64,000 nt of DNA from Nitrosopumilus sp. (lineage in GTDB: Archaea > Thermoproteota > Nitrososphaeria > Nitrososphaerales > Nitrosopumilaceae): positions 544,001 to 608,000 of the forward strand of contig OZ242186.1 of the NCBI GenBank assembly GCA_965205675.1. Reading direction: 5' to 3'. Positions 1-11,463 of this stretch are shown one piece after another. How positions within the stretch are numbered: the first letter of the stretch is position 1; each line of letters starts with the position of its first letter. The notes under the pieces were generated by a model. The model ran no database searches. It saw only the letters and a list, made by a program, of their open reading frames with translations, and had not been told where the DNA came from. A program made the position numbers and the translations under genes.

Positions 1-515
1 CTAAATCCCAATCTCTTGTAGAATATCACGTTCCTTCAAAGAATCCAAACTGGGGTGATTGTGATCCTGGTACTGGTGTGATGCTTGCAGATTGTGGTGT
101 TGCCCAAATTTTTGATTTTACAGTTGATGGTGAAAAAATTTGGTTTACTGAATGGGTTGAAAACAATATTGGAGTAGTTGACACTTCTCTGCCTTTACCT
201 GTTGAAATTCAATTAGAATCAAATGAATTGAATTTGTCTCCTGGAGCCTCTCAGCACTTTAACTTTATTGTGTATCCTTTATCTGACAATGATTTAGATG
301 TTGATTTAATTTTATCTCCAACTCATGATTTCTTGAAAGTTGATCTTGATCATGATAATCCTACTTCATTTCAATTAGACTTTGATGCTCCTAGACCTAT
401 TCACAGTACTATCTCTGCTTCTGAAGGTGCATTATCTGGTACTTACAAAATTCTAGTTGGTGCACAATCTCCGGATGTTGCAATTAGTAAATACATTACA
501 GTGACAATAGAGTGA
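1..515 (+). CDS. Virginiamycin B lyase (Vgb)-like beta-propeller protein, 5'-truncated by window edge
   Basis: Frame open from window start (KSQSLVEYHVPSKNPNWGDC...); 'IWFTEWVENNIGVVD' Vgb-type repeat followed by an Ig-like C-terminus. Confidence 0.7.
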   Translation, partial: KSQSLVEYHVPSKNPNWGDCDPGTGVMLADCGVAQIFDFTVDGEKIWFTEWVENNIGVVDTSLPLPVEIQLESNELNLSPGASQHFNFIVYPLSDNDLDVDLILSPTHDFLKVDLDHDNPTSFQLDFDAPRPIHSTISASEGALSGTYKILVGAQSPDVAISKYITVTIE

Positions 516-1708
516 TACCTGACTTAGACTCTCAAATTGGGATTTCTATATACAGTACAAATTTTGATGGCATTGGAGGTAAAATTCGAGTTACGCCTGA
601 AGATTTTCAAGTAAATGAATTAATTTCTGAAAAAGCTACAAAGTCAATTAATGATCAAAATGGTTATGCTGTGTATAAATTAAAAAAGAAAAAAATTGAT
701 ACTAATCATGCACTATCTGGAATTTTTAAACAAAAAGGTATACGCCTAAAGTCTCTTGGCTTAAAAGATGCCTCAGCTATAACTGAACAATTTGTATGCT
801 CTGTAAACAAAGGTAGGCCCATAGAGAATTTCTCAAGTGACAAATACTCTCTTGAACATTTGGGTTTTGTAAAAAAACCTTTATCCAAAAAAGATATGAT
901 TGGCAATCATTTCAAATTAAAAATTTCTAACTCTCAAAACCCTCTGAAATCTTTTACAGATTATGATAAGGTTCTTAATTTTTATGGTTATCAGCGATTT
1001 GGATCACAAAGACCCGTCACCCATCTCATTGGTAAGGCTATCTTGCAGCGTGATTTTGATAAATCCATTGATTTGATTTTGTCTTTTACTTCTTCTTATG
1101 ATTCTAAAGAAAATACTGAAATTCGTGAAAAGCTCTCTGATAAGGCAAATTATGAACAATACTTTGACAAAGTTCCATTTCAGATGGATATTGAAAGAAT
1201 TGTTCTAAAAGAAATGATTGAACATGGAGATTCTATACGTGCTATTCGTGCAATACCTGTCTCGTTAAGGCGATTCTATGTCCAATCTTATCAGTCTTTT
1301 ATTTTTAATCAGTCTCTAAGTAGTGCATTTTTAGATGGTGAAAGCCTCTTTGAAGCACGTTCTGGAGATGTTTGTTTTGATCATCATGGGATTATTGGCA
1401 AGTATGTCAAAGGACTGGATCAAAATTTAGCATTGCCTTTTGTTGGTTATTCGTATTACAAAAAAACACGATTCGATTTTCAAATCTCAAAAATTTTAGA
1501 ACAAGAAGAAATTTCTCCAAAAGATTTCTTTATCAAAGAAATGCAAGAAGTTAGCAGTGAAGGGGGGTTCAGACAAGCTGCAATACATTGTTCTAATTAT
1601 TTTGTATGTGATGATGTGGTTGAATTTTCATTATCTAGAGGCTCTTTTGCTACAATTTTGTTACGAGAAATAATGAAGCCTCAAAATCCTATAATTGCTG
1701 GTTTTTAA
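512..1708 (+). CDS. truD: tRNA pseudouridine(13) synthase TruD
   Basis: PEDFQV, GLKD..AITEQ, GNHF, NFYGYQRFG and LSRGSFAT..LREIMK motifs. Confidence 0.95.
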   Translation: MIPDLDSQIGISIYSTNFDGIGGKIRVTPEDFQVNELISEKATKSINDQNGYAVYKLKKKKIDTNHALSGIFKQKGIRLKSLGLKDASAITEQFVCSVNKGRPIENFSSDKYSLEHLGFVKKPLSKKDMIGNHFKLKISNSQNPLKSFTDYDKVLNFYGYQRFGSQRPVTHLIGKAILQRDFDKSIDLILSFTSSYDSKENTEIREKLSDKANYEQYFDKVPFQMDIERIVLKEMIEHGDSIRAIRAIPVSLRRFYVQSYQSFIFNQSLSSAFLDGESLFEARSGDVCFDHHGIIGKYVKGLDQNLALPFVGYSYYKKTRFDFQISKILEQEEISPKDFFIKEMQEVSSEGGFRQAAIHCSNYFVCDDVVEFSLSRGSFATILLREIMKPQNPIIAGF

Positions 1709-1777
1709 GATCTATTTTACCAGAATAACTCTCCAGATGTCTTCAAGTTGGCTTGTTTTTAAGAAAATATGTTCTCA

Positions 1778-1985
1778 ATAGAAAAAGCATACATGCTAAT
1801 TAGTTCTGAGATTAGGAAAGAACAAATCTTTATTCACAATTAAAAGAAATCCGTGAGGTCAAAAATTGTCTGATTATTTGTAAGTAGATACGATGTTGTA
1901 GCTGAATTTGTGACATGCTCTCCTTTCATAAATTAATGAAATAATCTCCTCTAAAATTAGAAATATGATTATTCTTCATATTACA
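1778..1985 (+). pseudogene. Decayed Lrp/AsnC ligand-binding-domain gene
   Basis: Fragments in shifting frames: (I)EKAYMLISSE / SQLKEIREVKNCLI / YDVVAEFVT / NEIISSKIR; start mutated to ATA; resembles the intact paralog at 21754. Confidence 0.7.
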
Positions 1986-1987
1986 AA

Positions 1988-2191
1988 TTAATTTTTTCTA
2001 AAAACTAGAAATCCTACACTTGAAATGATAATTGATGCAATGATCATCAAGAATCCATAATCTGTCCATTTAGGATTTGAGTACATAAATGATGATTCTG
2101 GTCCAACTATAGATTGTCCTTGAAGATGAAAAATCAGCCCAAATATTCCTGTGGCGAGACCTATGATGATTAGTGTTGTTCCTCTCTGCAT
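1988..2191 (-). CDS. Small membrane protein (2 TM)
   Basis: 67 aa ORF with two hydrophobic helices around QGQSIVGPESSFMYSNP. Confidence 0.7.
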   Translation of the reverse strand: MQRGTTLIIIGLATGIFGLIFHLQGQSIVGPESSFMYSNPKWTDYGFLMIIASIIISSVGFLVFRKN

Positions 2192-2294
2192 GATTTTTTT
2201 TCTTAATTCTACTAAAAAAGGGTAAACAGAATTGATAATTTGACCAAATGATTTTTGGATTTAGTTTTTAATTATTTTATTCCAAGTTCATAAA

Positions 2295-2981
2295 GTGTCT
2301 AATTGGAATGATTACAAAGAATCCCATATTCGTAGCCATCTTGGATTGATTCTATTCTCTGCTTCCGCATCTCTTGCTGTTATTTTATATATGATTTTCT
2401 ATCCTCAAATAGAGATCATTAATCGAGAATCTCCAATTCTAATTAACATCATGTTTATTCCTGCCATGGCTGTAGGATTTCTTTATGGTATTAGAATCAC
2501 TGAAAGGGCGGTTAATCCATCAGAAATCCGTAGTCCAATTAAAAGATCAATTGTTAAAATTTTCTTGTTCTTTTTTGTTATCGGTGGTATGTTTAGTTCT
2601 GTGAATTTTGCAATTAATGGCGGTAGTATAATGCCTGATGTTACATTATTAGAGGATGGATTGTTGTATTGGATAAATAATTTCATTACTGCAAATGGCG
2701 GTGCGACCTTTTTAATTATTACAAGTATTGGATTGATGGCAGCTGCTACAAAAAGAATTGTTGGTATGAGTTCTGGATTTGTAAATAGAATTGTAACCTT
2801 TGTCGGAACATTTGTGTTCTTTACAATGCTTGTTTTGAGTTTTACAAAATCTGATCCAACCTCATCTGGCGTATTCTTATATACTTTTTATCAAGCTGGA
2901 ATTGTAGGTGGTGCATTCTTTGCTATGAATCGTCTTACTAAAAAGCAAAATATGATCGAAGATTTTACACATGGGTTCTAA
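2295..2981 (+). CDS. Hypothetical multi-pass membrane protein
   Basis: 228 aa, about 6 hydrophobic segments. Confidence 0.75.
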   Translation: MSNWNDYKESHIRSHLGLILFSASASLAVILYMIFYPQIEIINRESPILINIMFIPAMAVGFLYGIRITERAVNPSEIRSPIKRSIVKIFLFFFVIGGMFSSVNFAINGGSIMPDVTLLEDGLLYWINNFITANGGATFLIITSIGLMAAATKRIVGMSSGFVNRIVTFVGTFVFFTMLVLSFTKSDPTSSGVFLYTFYQAGIVGGAFFAMNRLTKKQNMIEDFTHGF

Positions 2982-2982
2982 T

Positions 2983-3231
2983 CTACTTTTCTAAATCTAC
3001 AAAAATCCCTGAGACCTTGTTGTTGATTCTATCCCAATATTTTTCACATCCATCTGTTTTGAAGTCATTTATCTTACATTCGTTAAAATGAGCAGTTTTC
3101 TCTCTTGATAAATCATCTGATAATAACACATCATCTGCTGTAAATAATGCTATAATCCCTATTGTTGCTAAACTGCTTGCAACTAAAATCATTGAATATC
3201 CTACTTTAGCATAGTTGTGTGGGTCTTTCAT
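2983..3231 (-). CDS. Hypothetical membrane-anchored protein
   Basis: 82 aa, N-terminal TM helix, two Cys; fits gene packing. Confidence 0.65.
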   Translation of the reverse strand: MKDPHNYAKVGYSMILVASSLATIGIIALFTADDVLLSDDLSREKTAHFNECKINDFKTDGCEKYWDRINNKVSGIFVDLEK

Positions 3232-3279
3232 TTATCTGAAATCTATAACTCTTGAATTTAATCTTTTCAAGTTAAGATT

Positions 3280-3840
3280 TTGCGATCTAATTGGGAAATT
3301 GTTTGCGAAAAGATGAAAAGACAGTACTTGAAAATACCTTCATTGAGTATTCAAATTCTCCAATATGAATTTCTTGGGCCTATTCCCCTTGTCGATTGGG
3401 GTCCTCCCATGGAGAAATTAGTTTATTTGATTTTATCTAAAAATGAGGACAAATTCAATATTGTTTATGTGGGTGAATGTGAAAAAACTGATGATGAGTC
3501 CTTTTTTGTCCAACATTCACAATACAAGTGCTGGATTGAACATTCAAAATCAGAACAATCATTACATCTGGCCATACTGCCTCTTTTTGACTCTAGTGTT
3601 GAGCATAGACAAAATATTCTATACAAAATAATTGCTCAGTACAAACCTTTATGCAATTCTAAGGATATTGTAGAAGAAAAGCCTTCATACATTGTTAGAA
3701 AATCTGAAGATGCTTCTGATGATCAGAAATTTTCTTGTCCTTGTTGTGGGGATGAAATGAAATTTGAAAAAGCTTTAGGAAAATCTACTTTGTATAGATG
3801 CACAAGTTGTAAACTAAGTGATACAAAACTTAATTCTTGA
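3280..3840 (+). CDS. GIY-YIG-like domain protein with C-terminal Zn ribbon (true start may be downstream)
   Basis: LVYLIL...IVYVGE motif, YKPLCN, C-terminal CPCC..CTSC. Confidence 0.6.
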   Translation: MRSNWEIVCEKMKRQYLKIPSLSIQILQYEFLGPIPLVDWGPPMEKLVYLILSKNEDKFNIVYVGECEKTDDESFFVQHSQYKCWIEHSKSEQSLHLAILPLFDSSVEHRQNILYKIIAQYKPLCNSKDIVEEKPSYIVRKSEDASDDQKFSCPCCGDEMKFEKALGKSTLYRCTSCKLSDTKLNS

Positions 3841-4063
3841 CCTTGTTTTGAACCTTAAACAATTGTAACGTTAACAAATCTAATGCTTTTTTCATGTGTT
3901 GAAATTCATTGATTGAATGCATTTGACCTTCTATTAGTGCTCTTTGTATTTTAATTGATTTTTTTTGAAATTCATCTGTTGCAACAATTTCCATAGCATT
4001 TAGTTTTGATAGTAAATTATCTAAATCCTTGATCATTTCATCTGATGGTTTATGTTTGTCCAT
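3830..4063 (-). CDS. Hypothetical coiled-coil protein
   Basis: 77 aa helical ORF. Confidence 0.65.
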   Translation of the reverse strand: MDKHKPSDEMIKDLDNLLSKLNAMEIVATDEFQKKSIKIQRALIEGQMHSINEFQHMKKALDLLTLQLFKVQNKVKN

Positions 4064-4095
4064 GATTATATGAAATGATTTTGATATATGAATTA

Positions 4096-4248
4096 TTACA
4101 AAAGTTCTTCGTCAATTTCTTGAATTGGATCTAAATATTGTTGGCATGTGCACATTGGAATTTGACATTTGCCTGCTTTCATAAGTGAATTACTATTTTC
4201 ATTTTTACTATGTGCTTCATTGGTGTGATGACATCTATTGCAATTCAT
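4096..4248 (-). CDS. Small Cys/His-rich putative metal-binding protein (50 aa, absent from ORF track)
   Basis: Manual translation MNCNRCHHTNEAH...GKCQIPMCTCQQYLDPIQEIDEELL*. Confidence 0.65.
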   Translation of the reverse strand: MNCNRCHHTNEAHSKNENSNSLMKAGKCQIPMCTCQQYLDPIQEIDEELL

Positions 4249-4299
4249 ATCCAAAATTCTGTATCCTAATATTTAAGCCCAAAATTATGTATATATCAA

Positions 4300-5110
4300 G
4301 CACTTTAGATGTATTTTGCCATCTCAGAAAACATATTCAATTTCCTTATTCTCCATGTCTCAAAGCACGTAAGAAATACAGATGGCATCCATCATTCCTT
4401 GATTATTTTTCATCTGTCCACGAACATTTCTTTGTATGATGCACTTTCGAATCGAATTCTCAGCATCATTGTTAGTTGATGGAACGTTACAATACATTAC
4501 AAATGTAAACAAACTGTTTCTTGCAGTTTTTAGTTTCTTGCCAAACTGAATCATTTTTTCATCATCTCCTACCATATATTGCTGTACGATACAATCTGTC
4601 TGGTTTAGCAAATCCCTTGCATGTCTTTTGTGTTGTTTCTCTAAATGTTCTTCTACACTCCAAACTCTTGCACAATATGGCACATCTGGGAACTCTCCAT
4701 AAAGAATTCTGACCTGCTTGTGTTTTGATTTTCTTGCCAGATGTTTTGCTTCACGTTGTAGTTGTGCAGTACATCTCTGTTTTACATTATCAGAAAATAC
4801 AGTTCTATATGGAGCGTATCCATCAGATACTAGAATTCCTGTAAATTCTTTCCAGTACTTTTTTAATATTTTAGAGCCCCTACTGCATTCCAAAACATAA
4901 TGAGCTTCTGGTTCTGTCCTTGCAACTTTGTTTTCTCCATTCAGGAGAATTGCTAGATGGCGGAGAATGTGGATTCTCATAGTAAGATAATCTTTTTTGC
5001 AAATCTTTGTTTGATTTTACTAATTCCCCTATGATTGCTTTGAGTTGTCGTATCTTCTCATGTAGTTGTAAGATAATTTTCTCATGACCACAATTTGACA
5101 TGTGCTGTCT
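4300..5110 (-). mobile_element. IS66-family transposase remnant with internal deletion (ends approximate)
   Basis: N-terminal coiled coil + YENPHSPPSS (4880-5101) joined out of frame to C-terminal SRG..GILVSDGYAPY..QRCTAQLQRE..TNNDAENSIR (4360-4925); central part missing. Confidence 0.85.
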
Positions 5111-5310
5111 AACAAATATTCATGACTCAAAATCTTCCAAATTATGCTAATTCCTGAAATTTAAACTTGAATCTACAATGTACGTAAATCGAGTTCAAAA
5201 TAGGGTGACGAATTTTTGTTATTGAGTATGTGTTGTAGAATGATTTAGTTGATCTTAGATTTTTTTGTGTAATGGTATTGATTTATGTGTGAAGCTTGAT
5301 ACATACAAAA

Positions 5311-6348
5311 TTATGGTATTAACACTGCTCTAGCTTCAATTTCTGAATATTTTAATTTTTTCAATACCTCATTTGCTTTTTCTAATGGAAAAACTTGTGA
5401 TATGACCTCGATATTTTTTTCCTGACATATTTTGATAACTTGCTCCATGTCTTTTGTTGAACCTATCAATGTGCCTCTAATTGTTTTTTCTTCAAATGCC
5501 ATAAATTGTGGGTTTTCCCCGACTGTGGCAATTACAATCAATCCTCCTTTTTTTACTGATTTTATGGCAGTATCTGTTACAATGTCTGCTGGTGCAAATA
5601 CAATTGCTGCATCAAGTAATCCGTGTTTTTCTTTTAATTTCTCTAGAAATTCCCGTTGATTTTCAGAAAATGTTATTGCGTCACTTGCTCCTAATCTTTT
5701 TGCTACTTTGAGATGGTTTTGTGATCTAGAAAATGCAATAATGTCACAATCTTCTATTTTGGCAAACTGTATTGCCATGTGACCAACTCCTCCAATTCCA
5801 AAAATCCCTATTTTTTTATTTGGTTTTGGTTCTGCAGCTTTTACTGCTTTGTATGCTGTAATCCCTGCACAAAATAATGGTGCAGCATATTCTGCTTTCA
5901 TATCTTCTGGAATTTTTGTTGCAAAGTCTTCTACAACTGTAATATATTCTGCATATCCTCCTTTGAAAGATTCTCCTGTGATTATTGATGATTCACAAAG
6001 GTATTCTTTTCCTTCTTCACAATATTGACATTCCTTACATGCTTCTAATAATGGAGTAATGCCTACTCTATCTCCGATTTTAAATTTTGTTACTTTATCT
6101 CCTACTTGGGTTATTTTACCTACTACTTCATGTCCTGGAACTGTTGGCAATGTTGGTGGAATTCCAATATCTTTCCAATCTCCTTCAATTCCGTGAAGTT
6201 GTGAATGACAGACTCCACAAGCTTCTATTTTTATTAGAATTTCATTTGATCTTTTTATTTCATGTTTGTCTATTTCAGTAAGTTTTAACGGACTTGTTTC
6301 TATTTTTGCACATTCAGAAAGTATCATTGCTCGCATTTTATTCATCAT
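5311..6348 (-). CDS. Zinc-dependent alcohol dehydrogenase (MDR family)
   Basis: CGVCHS, GHEVVG, CKECQYC..C, GIGGVG motifs. Confidence 0.92.
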   Translation of the reverse strand: MMNKMRAMILSECAKIETSPLKLTEIDKHEIKRSNEILIKIEACGVCHSQLHGIEGDWKDIGIPPTLPTVPGHEVVGKITQVGDKVTKFKIGDRVGITPLLEACKECQYCEEGKEYLCESSIITGESFKGGYAEYITVVEDFATKIPEDMKAEYAAPLFCAGITAYKAVKAAEPKPNKKIGIFGIGGVGHMAIQFAKIEDCDIIAFSRSQNHLKVAKRLGASDAITFSENQREFLEKLKEKHGLLDAAIVFAPADIVTDTAIKSVKKGGLIVIATVGENPQFMAFEEKTIRGTLIGSTKDMEQVIKICQEKNIEVISQVFPLEKANEVLKKLKYSEIEARAVLIP

Positions 6349-6738
6349 TTTAGAGATTTATCATGCTTGTTTTAACTTTTAAGACACTTGACAAATGTTA
6401 TTAATTTTATGTTTGATATTGGTGGGATTATATGCCCTCCTGGCATCATCCATACTCTCCCTACTGAGAATTATTGAATATGAGCATATTCACATTGTCT
6501 GTTAAATATCCTGCCTCTGAAACACTGTGCTCCACTGTTATTTTCAATACGTGATATACTCTTATTTCATCAATTTGTCCTAGTTCCCCAACAAACTCTT
6601 GAATTGTTTTCCGAGGATTAATTGAGGAGATGTCGGCTACTGTAGACATGACTGCCTTTACTAGTTGATAATTTCTAAATCTTGCATTGTCCTGTTATTA
6701 CACTAAGATTTATTTGCAAAATTAACAAAACATTGACT

Positions 6739-6972
6739 ATGAGTAAAATCACTGATGAGGATCGTGAACGTGTTAAATTATTACAATTAGTCACTAGTTC
6801 TAAACATGAATTCAAAAAACTTACTTTGGAGCAATTAAAACGACTTCAAGAGTTAGTTGAAAAAAAGGATTATAGCTATGATAAAAAAGCCCATAAATCC
6901 AAAGTAAAGTTGCTAGGAAAAATTAATGTTAGAATTTATGAATTAACTGAAGGTAAGGGTATATGGAACTAA
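6739..6972 (+). CDS. Hypothetical basic protein
   Basis: ORF 6682-6972; likely start at MSKITDEDRER. Confidence 0.65.
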   Translation: MSKITDEDRERVKLLQLVTSSKHEFKKLTLEQLKRLQELVEKKDYSYDKKAHKSKVKLLGKINVRIYELTEGKGIWN

Positions 6973-7013
6973 CATCCAATTAAGTACAAATATTCAAACA
7001 AATCTGATAAACT

Positions 7014-9041
7014 ATGGTAGAAAATAATCTTATTCATGAAAGTAGTCCGTATTTACTTCAACATGCGCATAATCCTGTTGATTGGTATGGATGGAATGAT
7101 ATTGCATTACAAAAAGCTAAAGAAGAAAACAAACCCATTTTCCTAAGTATCGGATATAGTTCTTGTCATTGGTGCCATGTAATGGCACATGAATCATTTG
7201 AAAATAAAGAAGTTGCTAAATTTATGAATGAAAATTTTATCAACATAAAAGTTGACAGAGAAGAAAGACCTGACATTGATGATATTTATCAAAAAGTTTG
7301 TCAGATAGCTACTGGTCAAGGTGGATGGCCGTTAAGCATTTTTCTAACTCCTGATCAAAAACCATTCTATGTTGGAACTTATTTTCCTGTTTTAGATTCC
7401 TATGGACGTTCTGGATTTGGAAGTATTTGTAGACAACTCTCACAAGCATGGAGTGAAAAACCAAAAGATATTGAATATTCTGCTGAACGATTCATTGGTG
7501 CATTAAACAAAACTGAAAAAATTCAAATTCCTTCAAAATTAGAACGAACAATTCTAGATGAAGCAGCTATGAATTTGTTTCAATTAGGTGATGCAACATA
7601 TGGTGGGTTTGGCTCTGCTCCTAAATTCCCTAACGCTGCCAATATTTCATTTCTATTTAGATATGCAAAACTCTCTGGGTTAAGCAAATTCAATGAATTT
7701 GCGCTCAAAACCCTCAAAAAAATGGCTAATGGAGGCATCTTTGATCAAATCGGTGGGGGTTTTTCTAGATATTCTACAGATGCAAAATGGCTGGTTCCAC
7801 ACTTTGAGAAAATGCTTTATGATAATGCGTTAATCTCTGTAAACTATGCAGAAGCATACCAAATCACTAAAGATCCTTTTTACTTGGATGTTTTAAGAAA
7901 AACTCTTGATTTTGTTTTACATGAAATGACTTCTTCTGAAGGTGGGTTTTATTCTGCATATGATGCTGATTCTGAAGGAATCGAGGGAAAGTATTATGTG
8001 TGGAAAAAAAATGAAATCAAAGAAATTCTTGAAAGTGATGCTGATTTATTTTGTTTATACTATGATGTAACTGATGGTGGTAATTGGGAAGGAAATAATA
8101 TTCTATGTAATAATCTTAATATTTCCACGGTCGCTTTTAATTTTGGAATATCTGAATCTGAAGTTGCCAAAGTTTTAAAATCTTGTTCAGAAAAACTACT
8201 TAAAGTTCGCTCTACTAGAATTCCTCCTGGATTAGATGACAAAGTACTTGTTTCATGGAATTCATTGATGATTACGGCTTTTGCCAAAGGTTATCGTGTT
8301 ACAGGTGATGTTAAATATCTTGATGTTGCAAAAAATTGCATTTCTTTTATAGAAAAAAACCTTTTTGTAGATGGCAAACTTTTGCGAACTTATAAAAATA
8401 AAACTGCAAAAATTGATGGCTATCTAGAAGATCATTCTTATTTTATCAATGCACTACTTGATATTTTTGAAATTGAACCTGATGAAAAATATCTTAAATT
8501 GTCTTTGAAATTGGGCCATCATTTAGTAAATCATTTTTGGGATGCTGAAAATAACAATTTCTTTATGACTTCTGATGATCACGAAAAATTAATTATTCGT
8601 CCAAAAAGCAATTATGATTTATCTTTGCCTTCTGGTAATTCTGTATCTGCTTTTGTAATGCTCAGACTGTATCATCTTTCCCAAGAACAAATTTTTCTTG
8701 AAATTACTACAAAAATAATGGAATCTCAGGCACAAATGGCTGCTGAAAATCCCTTTGGATTTGGGTATTTGCTAAATACGATTTCAATGTATATTCAAAA
8801 ACCTGTAGAACTTACAATCATTAATCCTGAAAATTCTGAAATATGCCAATCTCTTCTTTCAGATTATCTACCTAATTCTCTTTTAATCACAATTCAAAAT
8901 TCTTCACAATTAGAAAACTTGTCTAAATATCCTTTCTTTGCAGGCAAGTCATTTGAAGATAAAACAACTGTATTTGTTTGTAAAGATTTTACTTGTTCTT
9001 TACCTCTACACACACTTGATGAAATAAAATCCCTTCTTTAG
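7014..9041 (+). CDS. Thioredoxin-domain protein, YyaL/SSP411 (DUF255) family
   Basis: [37 protein letters not shown]. Confidence 0.93.
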   Translation: MVENNLIHESSPYLLQHAHNPVDWYGWNDIALQKAKEENKPIFLSIGYSSCHWCHVMAHESFENKEVAKFMNENFINIKVDREERPDIDDIYQKVCQIATGQGGWPLSIFLTPDQKPFYVGTYFPVLDSYGRSGFGSICRQLSQAWSEKPKDIEYSAERFIGALNKTEKIQIPSKLERTILDEAAMNLFQLGDATYGGFGSAPKFPNAANISFLFRYAKLSGLSKFNEFALKTLKKMANGGIFDQIGGGFSRYSTDAKWLVPHFEKMLYDNALISVNYAEAYQITKDPFYLDVLRKTLDFVLHEMTSSEGGFYSAYDADSEGIEGKYYVWKKNEIKEILESDADLFCLYYDVTDGGNWEGNNILCNNLNISTVAFNFGISESEVAKVLKSCSEKLLKVRSTRIPPGLDDKVLVSWNSLMITAFAKGYRVTGDVKYLDVAKNCISFIEKNLFVDGKLLRTYKNKTAKIDGYLEDHSYFINALLDIFEIEPDEKYLKLSLKLGHHLVNHFWDAENNNFFMTSDDHEKLIIRPKSNYDLSLPSGNSVSAFVMLRLYHLSQEQIFLEITTKIMESQAQMAAENPFGFGYLLNTISMYIQKPVELTIINPENSEICQSLLSDYLPNSLLITIQNSSQLENLSKYPFFAGKSFEDKTTVFVCKDFTCSLPLHTLDEIKSLL

Positions 9042-9358
9042 ATTTTCTTTAAATCTGTTGCAATAATATTTCCAACTTGTGGTTTGCCCATGCTGTCATA
9101 TCTTGATTTTGGCATTGTAATTGTCATTTGAGTTTGTTGATATGATTTGATATTTACTTTTGGTTGTGCTTGTAAAATAGCTTCTAATAATGGCATTACT
9201 TGCTCTTTAGTGTCTGAATCTAAGTTTTTTGCAACATTTTCAATGATCATTTGTTGTTGTGATACTGGCTCAGTTGAAATATTCTCAATTAAAGTTAATT
9301 GAATTATCTGCCCATTATCTATTATTTGTGTAATTTTAAATTCATTTGTAGCTGACAT
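9038..9358 (-). CDS. Hypothetical protein
   Basis: 106 aa ORF convergent with the YyaL-like gene. Confidence 0.7.
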   Translation of the reverse strand: MSATNEFKITQIIDNGQIIQLTLIENISTEPVSQQQMIIENVAKNLDSDTKEQVMPLLEAILQAQPKVNIKSYQQTQMTITMPKSRYDSMGKPQVGNIIATDLKKI

Positions 9359-9388
9359 AATTATGCTTATTTTGACAATGATTTATCT

Positions 9389-9481
9389 TTAACGTATTGA
9401 AAAATATAATGCTATTACTGCTGTTGCCACTGCTGATGATACTCCTAACCCAAAAATAATTTTACTCCCATCAATATTCAT
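9389..9481 (-). CDS. Putative 30-aa single-TM microprotein
   Basis: MNIDGSKIIFGLGVSSAVATAVIALYFSIR*; co-oriented just upstream of the 9358 ORF. Confidence 0.4.
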   Translation of the reverse strand: MNIDGSKIIFGLGVSSAVATAVIALYFSIR

Positions 9482-9662
9482 GATTACTTGTTCATAATAA
9501 TCACAATTAAACTGTAGTGGTTTTAAAAATAATACTAATGATCTCCATGCAATGTTTTAATAGCAATTTACCTTTGTCTATTACCCTACACTAGGTATAT
9601 TTTGTGCATATGTGATGGCCCAACTAAAAAGGAGTCACAAGAATGTTCCCTTTGGGGGTTTC

Positions 9663-10013
9663 TTAATTATCGTCTTTCTCTAAATCTATATTTTTAAGCT
9701 TACCTTCAGTTTTGTTATTTACTATGCCTTGTTTTGATGGGCCCAGAATGGCTTTTTTGATTATCGCTGCTCTTTCTTTTATAATTTGATTGAATTCTTT
9801 TATATCTTCTAAACCTGGTGTTTGTTGTTGATTTTGATATGCTTGTAAAAACCCAGAATATACACATCCTGTAATAATTCCAAATGCTGTGTCTGGTATT
9901 GATTCTATCTCAGGAACAAAATTCTCTGCAATTTGTTTGTATGATTTTGATTCACTAATGTAATAGTCGATTAAACTATCTATGAATTCTTTATTTTCTT
10001 TTGAAATCGTCAT
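9663..10013 (-). CDS. Hypothetical protein
   Basis: 116 aa ORF, DTAFGIITGCVYSGF motif. Confidence 0.7.
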   Translation of the reverse strand: MTISKENKEFIDSLIDYYISESKSYKQIAENFVPEIESIPDTAFGIITGCVYSGFLQAYQNQQQTPGLEDIKEFNQIIKERAAIIKKAILGPSKQGIVNNKTEGKLKNIDLEKDDN

Positions 10014-10311
10014 ATCTCTACACTTCTTGATTTTCTAGTTTATTTAATTGTCTTTTTTGAGATTACAATTGGATATTAGAATATTTAAGCAATAAAATCA
10101 TAGTTTCTGTTAAGTAATCGAAACTTTTCATAAAATCTTTTTGCAGTGTTGCCAACATGTGGATTTTATCTTTAGTATTAAAGAATTAACTTGATGTTTT
10201 GTTTTTAGAACTTCATTTTGTTACATGTATTTGATATTTTTCATATCTTTCTCTGATTAATTCATAAATTTTGATTAATCATTTATTTATTAATAAATTA
10301 CTTTCAAATTA

Positions 10312-10767
10312 TTGTGGAAACTAGAGTCTGATGAAGATTTTTTTCGAATATATGATTCCAAAAAACTCATTGCAGGCTATTTTGATCCTGATTATGGAGA
10401 TATTTTCCCAAAAGATAATTCTGAAGAAATTATTTCATCTATGTTGAAAAATCATGATAAAATTTTGGGTGGAGTAATTATGGTGCCTTTAGTAAAATTT
10501 GGTTTATTTGATACTGATTTGGACACAAATATCACTGATGTCCAAAAAAACGTTTCTCGTGTATCTGAACATTTAAAAAAATGGCAAAATTTTCTATCTT
10601 GCACAAATAGAACTATTCATTCTATCCGAATATCTCATACTGATCAGGATATGTTGACAATTGCATTCCAAACAAAGTTTTCAAAACCCATTTCTCTTGA
10701 AAAAACAGCTTTAATGGATGAACTTTTTCCTATTTTGGATTTATTACAAAAATCTAATTTATTGTAA
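10312..10767 (+). CDS. Hypothetical protein
   Basis: 151 aa ORF. Confidence 0.7.
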   Translation: MWKLESDEDFFRIYDSKKLIAGYFDPDYGDIFPKDNSEEIISSMLKNHDKILGGVIMVPLVKFGLFDTDLDTNITDVQKNVSRVSEHLKKWQNFLSCTNRTIHSIRISHTDQDMLTIAFQTKFSKPISLEKTALMDELFPILDLLQKSNLL

Positions 10768-10773
10768 TTTTAT

Positions 10774-11463
10774 TTATGGTAAATGATCTTGTTTCCATTT
10801 TTCAGCCTCATTAACACAATTAAACCATTCGACTTCAATTTCATTTGAATCAAATGCATCTTTTTCATTTTTAAATTCTAATTCGCATTTATTTTTCATA
10901 TTATCTGAGATTTGAATTACTTTTTGTTTAATCACATTATCTGGTGGTGAAAATTTATTCTCATCATTAAATTCTATTATTCCTGCTTTGGCTAGTTGAA
11001 ATTCTACTAATCCTAAATTTTCATATTCATATGCTTCTTGAATTTGTGCATCTGATCTTATTTTTGCATATTCGTCTCCTGTTGTAATCCATTTGACGTA
11101 TTCTATATCACTTCTTAATTGAGTTTCAGATGATATTTTGAATAATTCCACTGAGCTTTCAAATAACTCCGGAGTTGACAGTTTATCATATTTAGAAACA
11201 ACATTTCTAAATTTATCTACATGTTTTTCATAGAATCTCAATAACTCTTCTTTTGTTATGTCTCCTTCATCCCATTTTATTTTTTCAGAATAAAATTCTC
11301 TTTGTAACTTTGCTACTTCATCTTGAATTTGTGCAAGTTCATTTCCAAATTGAAATCCTTTTTGTTTGATCTGATCTGCTGAATAATTATACGCAATTAT
11401 TGCTCCTATGAGTACAATGCCTATTATAACAATAGTGACATTTTGAATTTTATTTTTTTTCAA
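10774..11463 (-). CDS. Hypothetical membrane-anchored helical protein
   Basis: N-terminal TM helix, 229 aa. Confidence 0.75.
   Translation of the reverse strand: MKKNKIQNVTIVIIGIVLIGAIIAYNYSADQIKQKGFQFGNELAQIQDEVAKLQREFYSEKIKWDEGDITKEELLRFYEKHVDKFRNVVSKYDKLSTPELFESSVELFKISSETQLRSDIEYVKWITTGDEYAKIRSDAQIQEAYEYENLGLVEFQLAKAGIIEFNDENKFSPPDNVIKQKVIQISDNMKNKCELEFKNEKDAFDSNEIEVEWFNCVNEAEKWKQDHLP

Noticed and set aside
6461-6649. 62-aa ORF
   Set aside because: No recognisable motif; may be a gene scrap, unsupported
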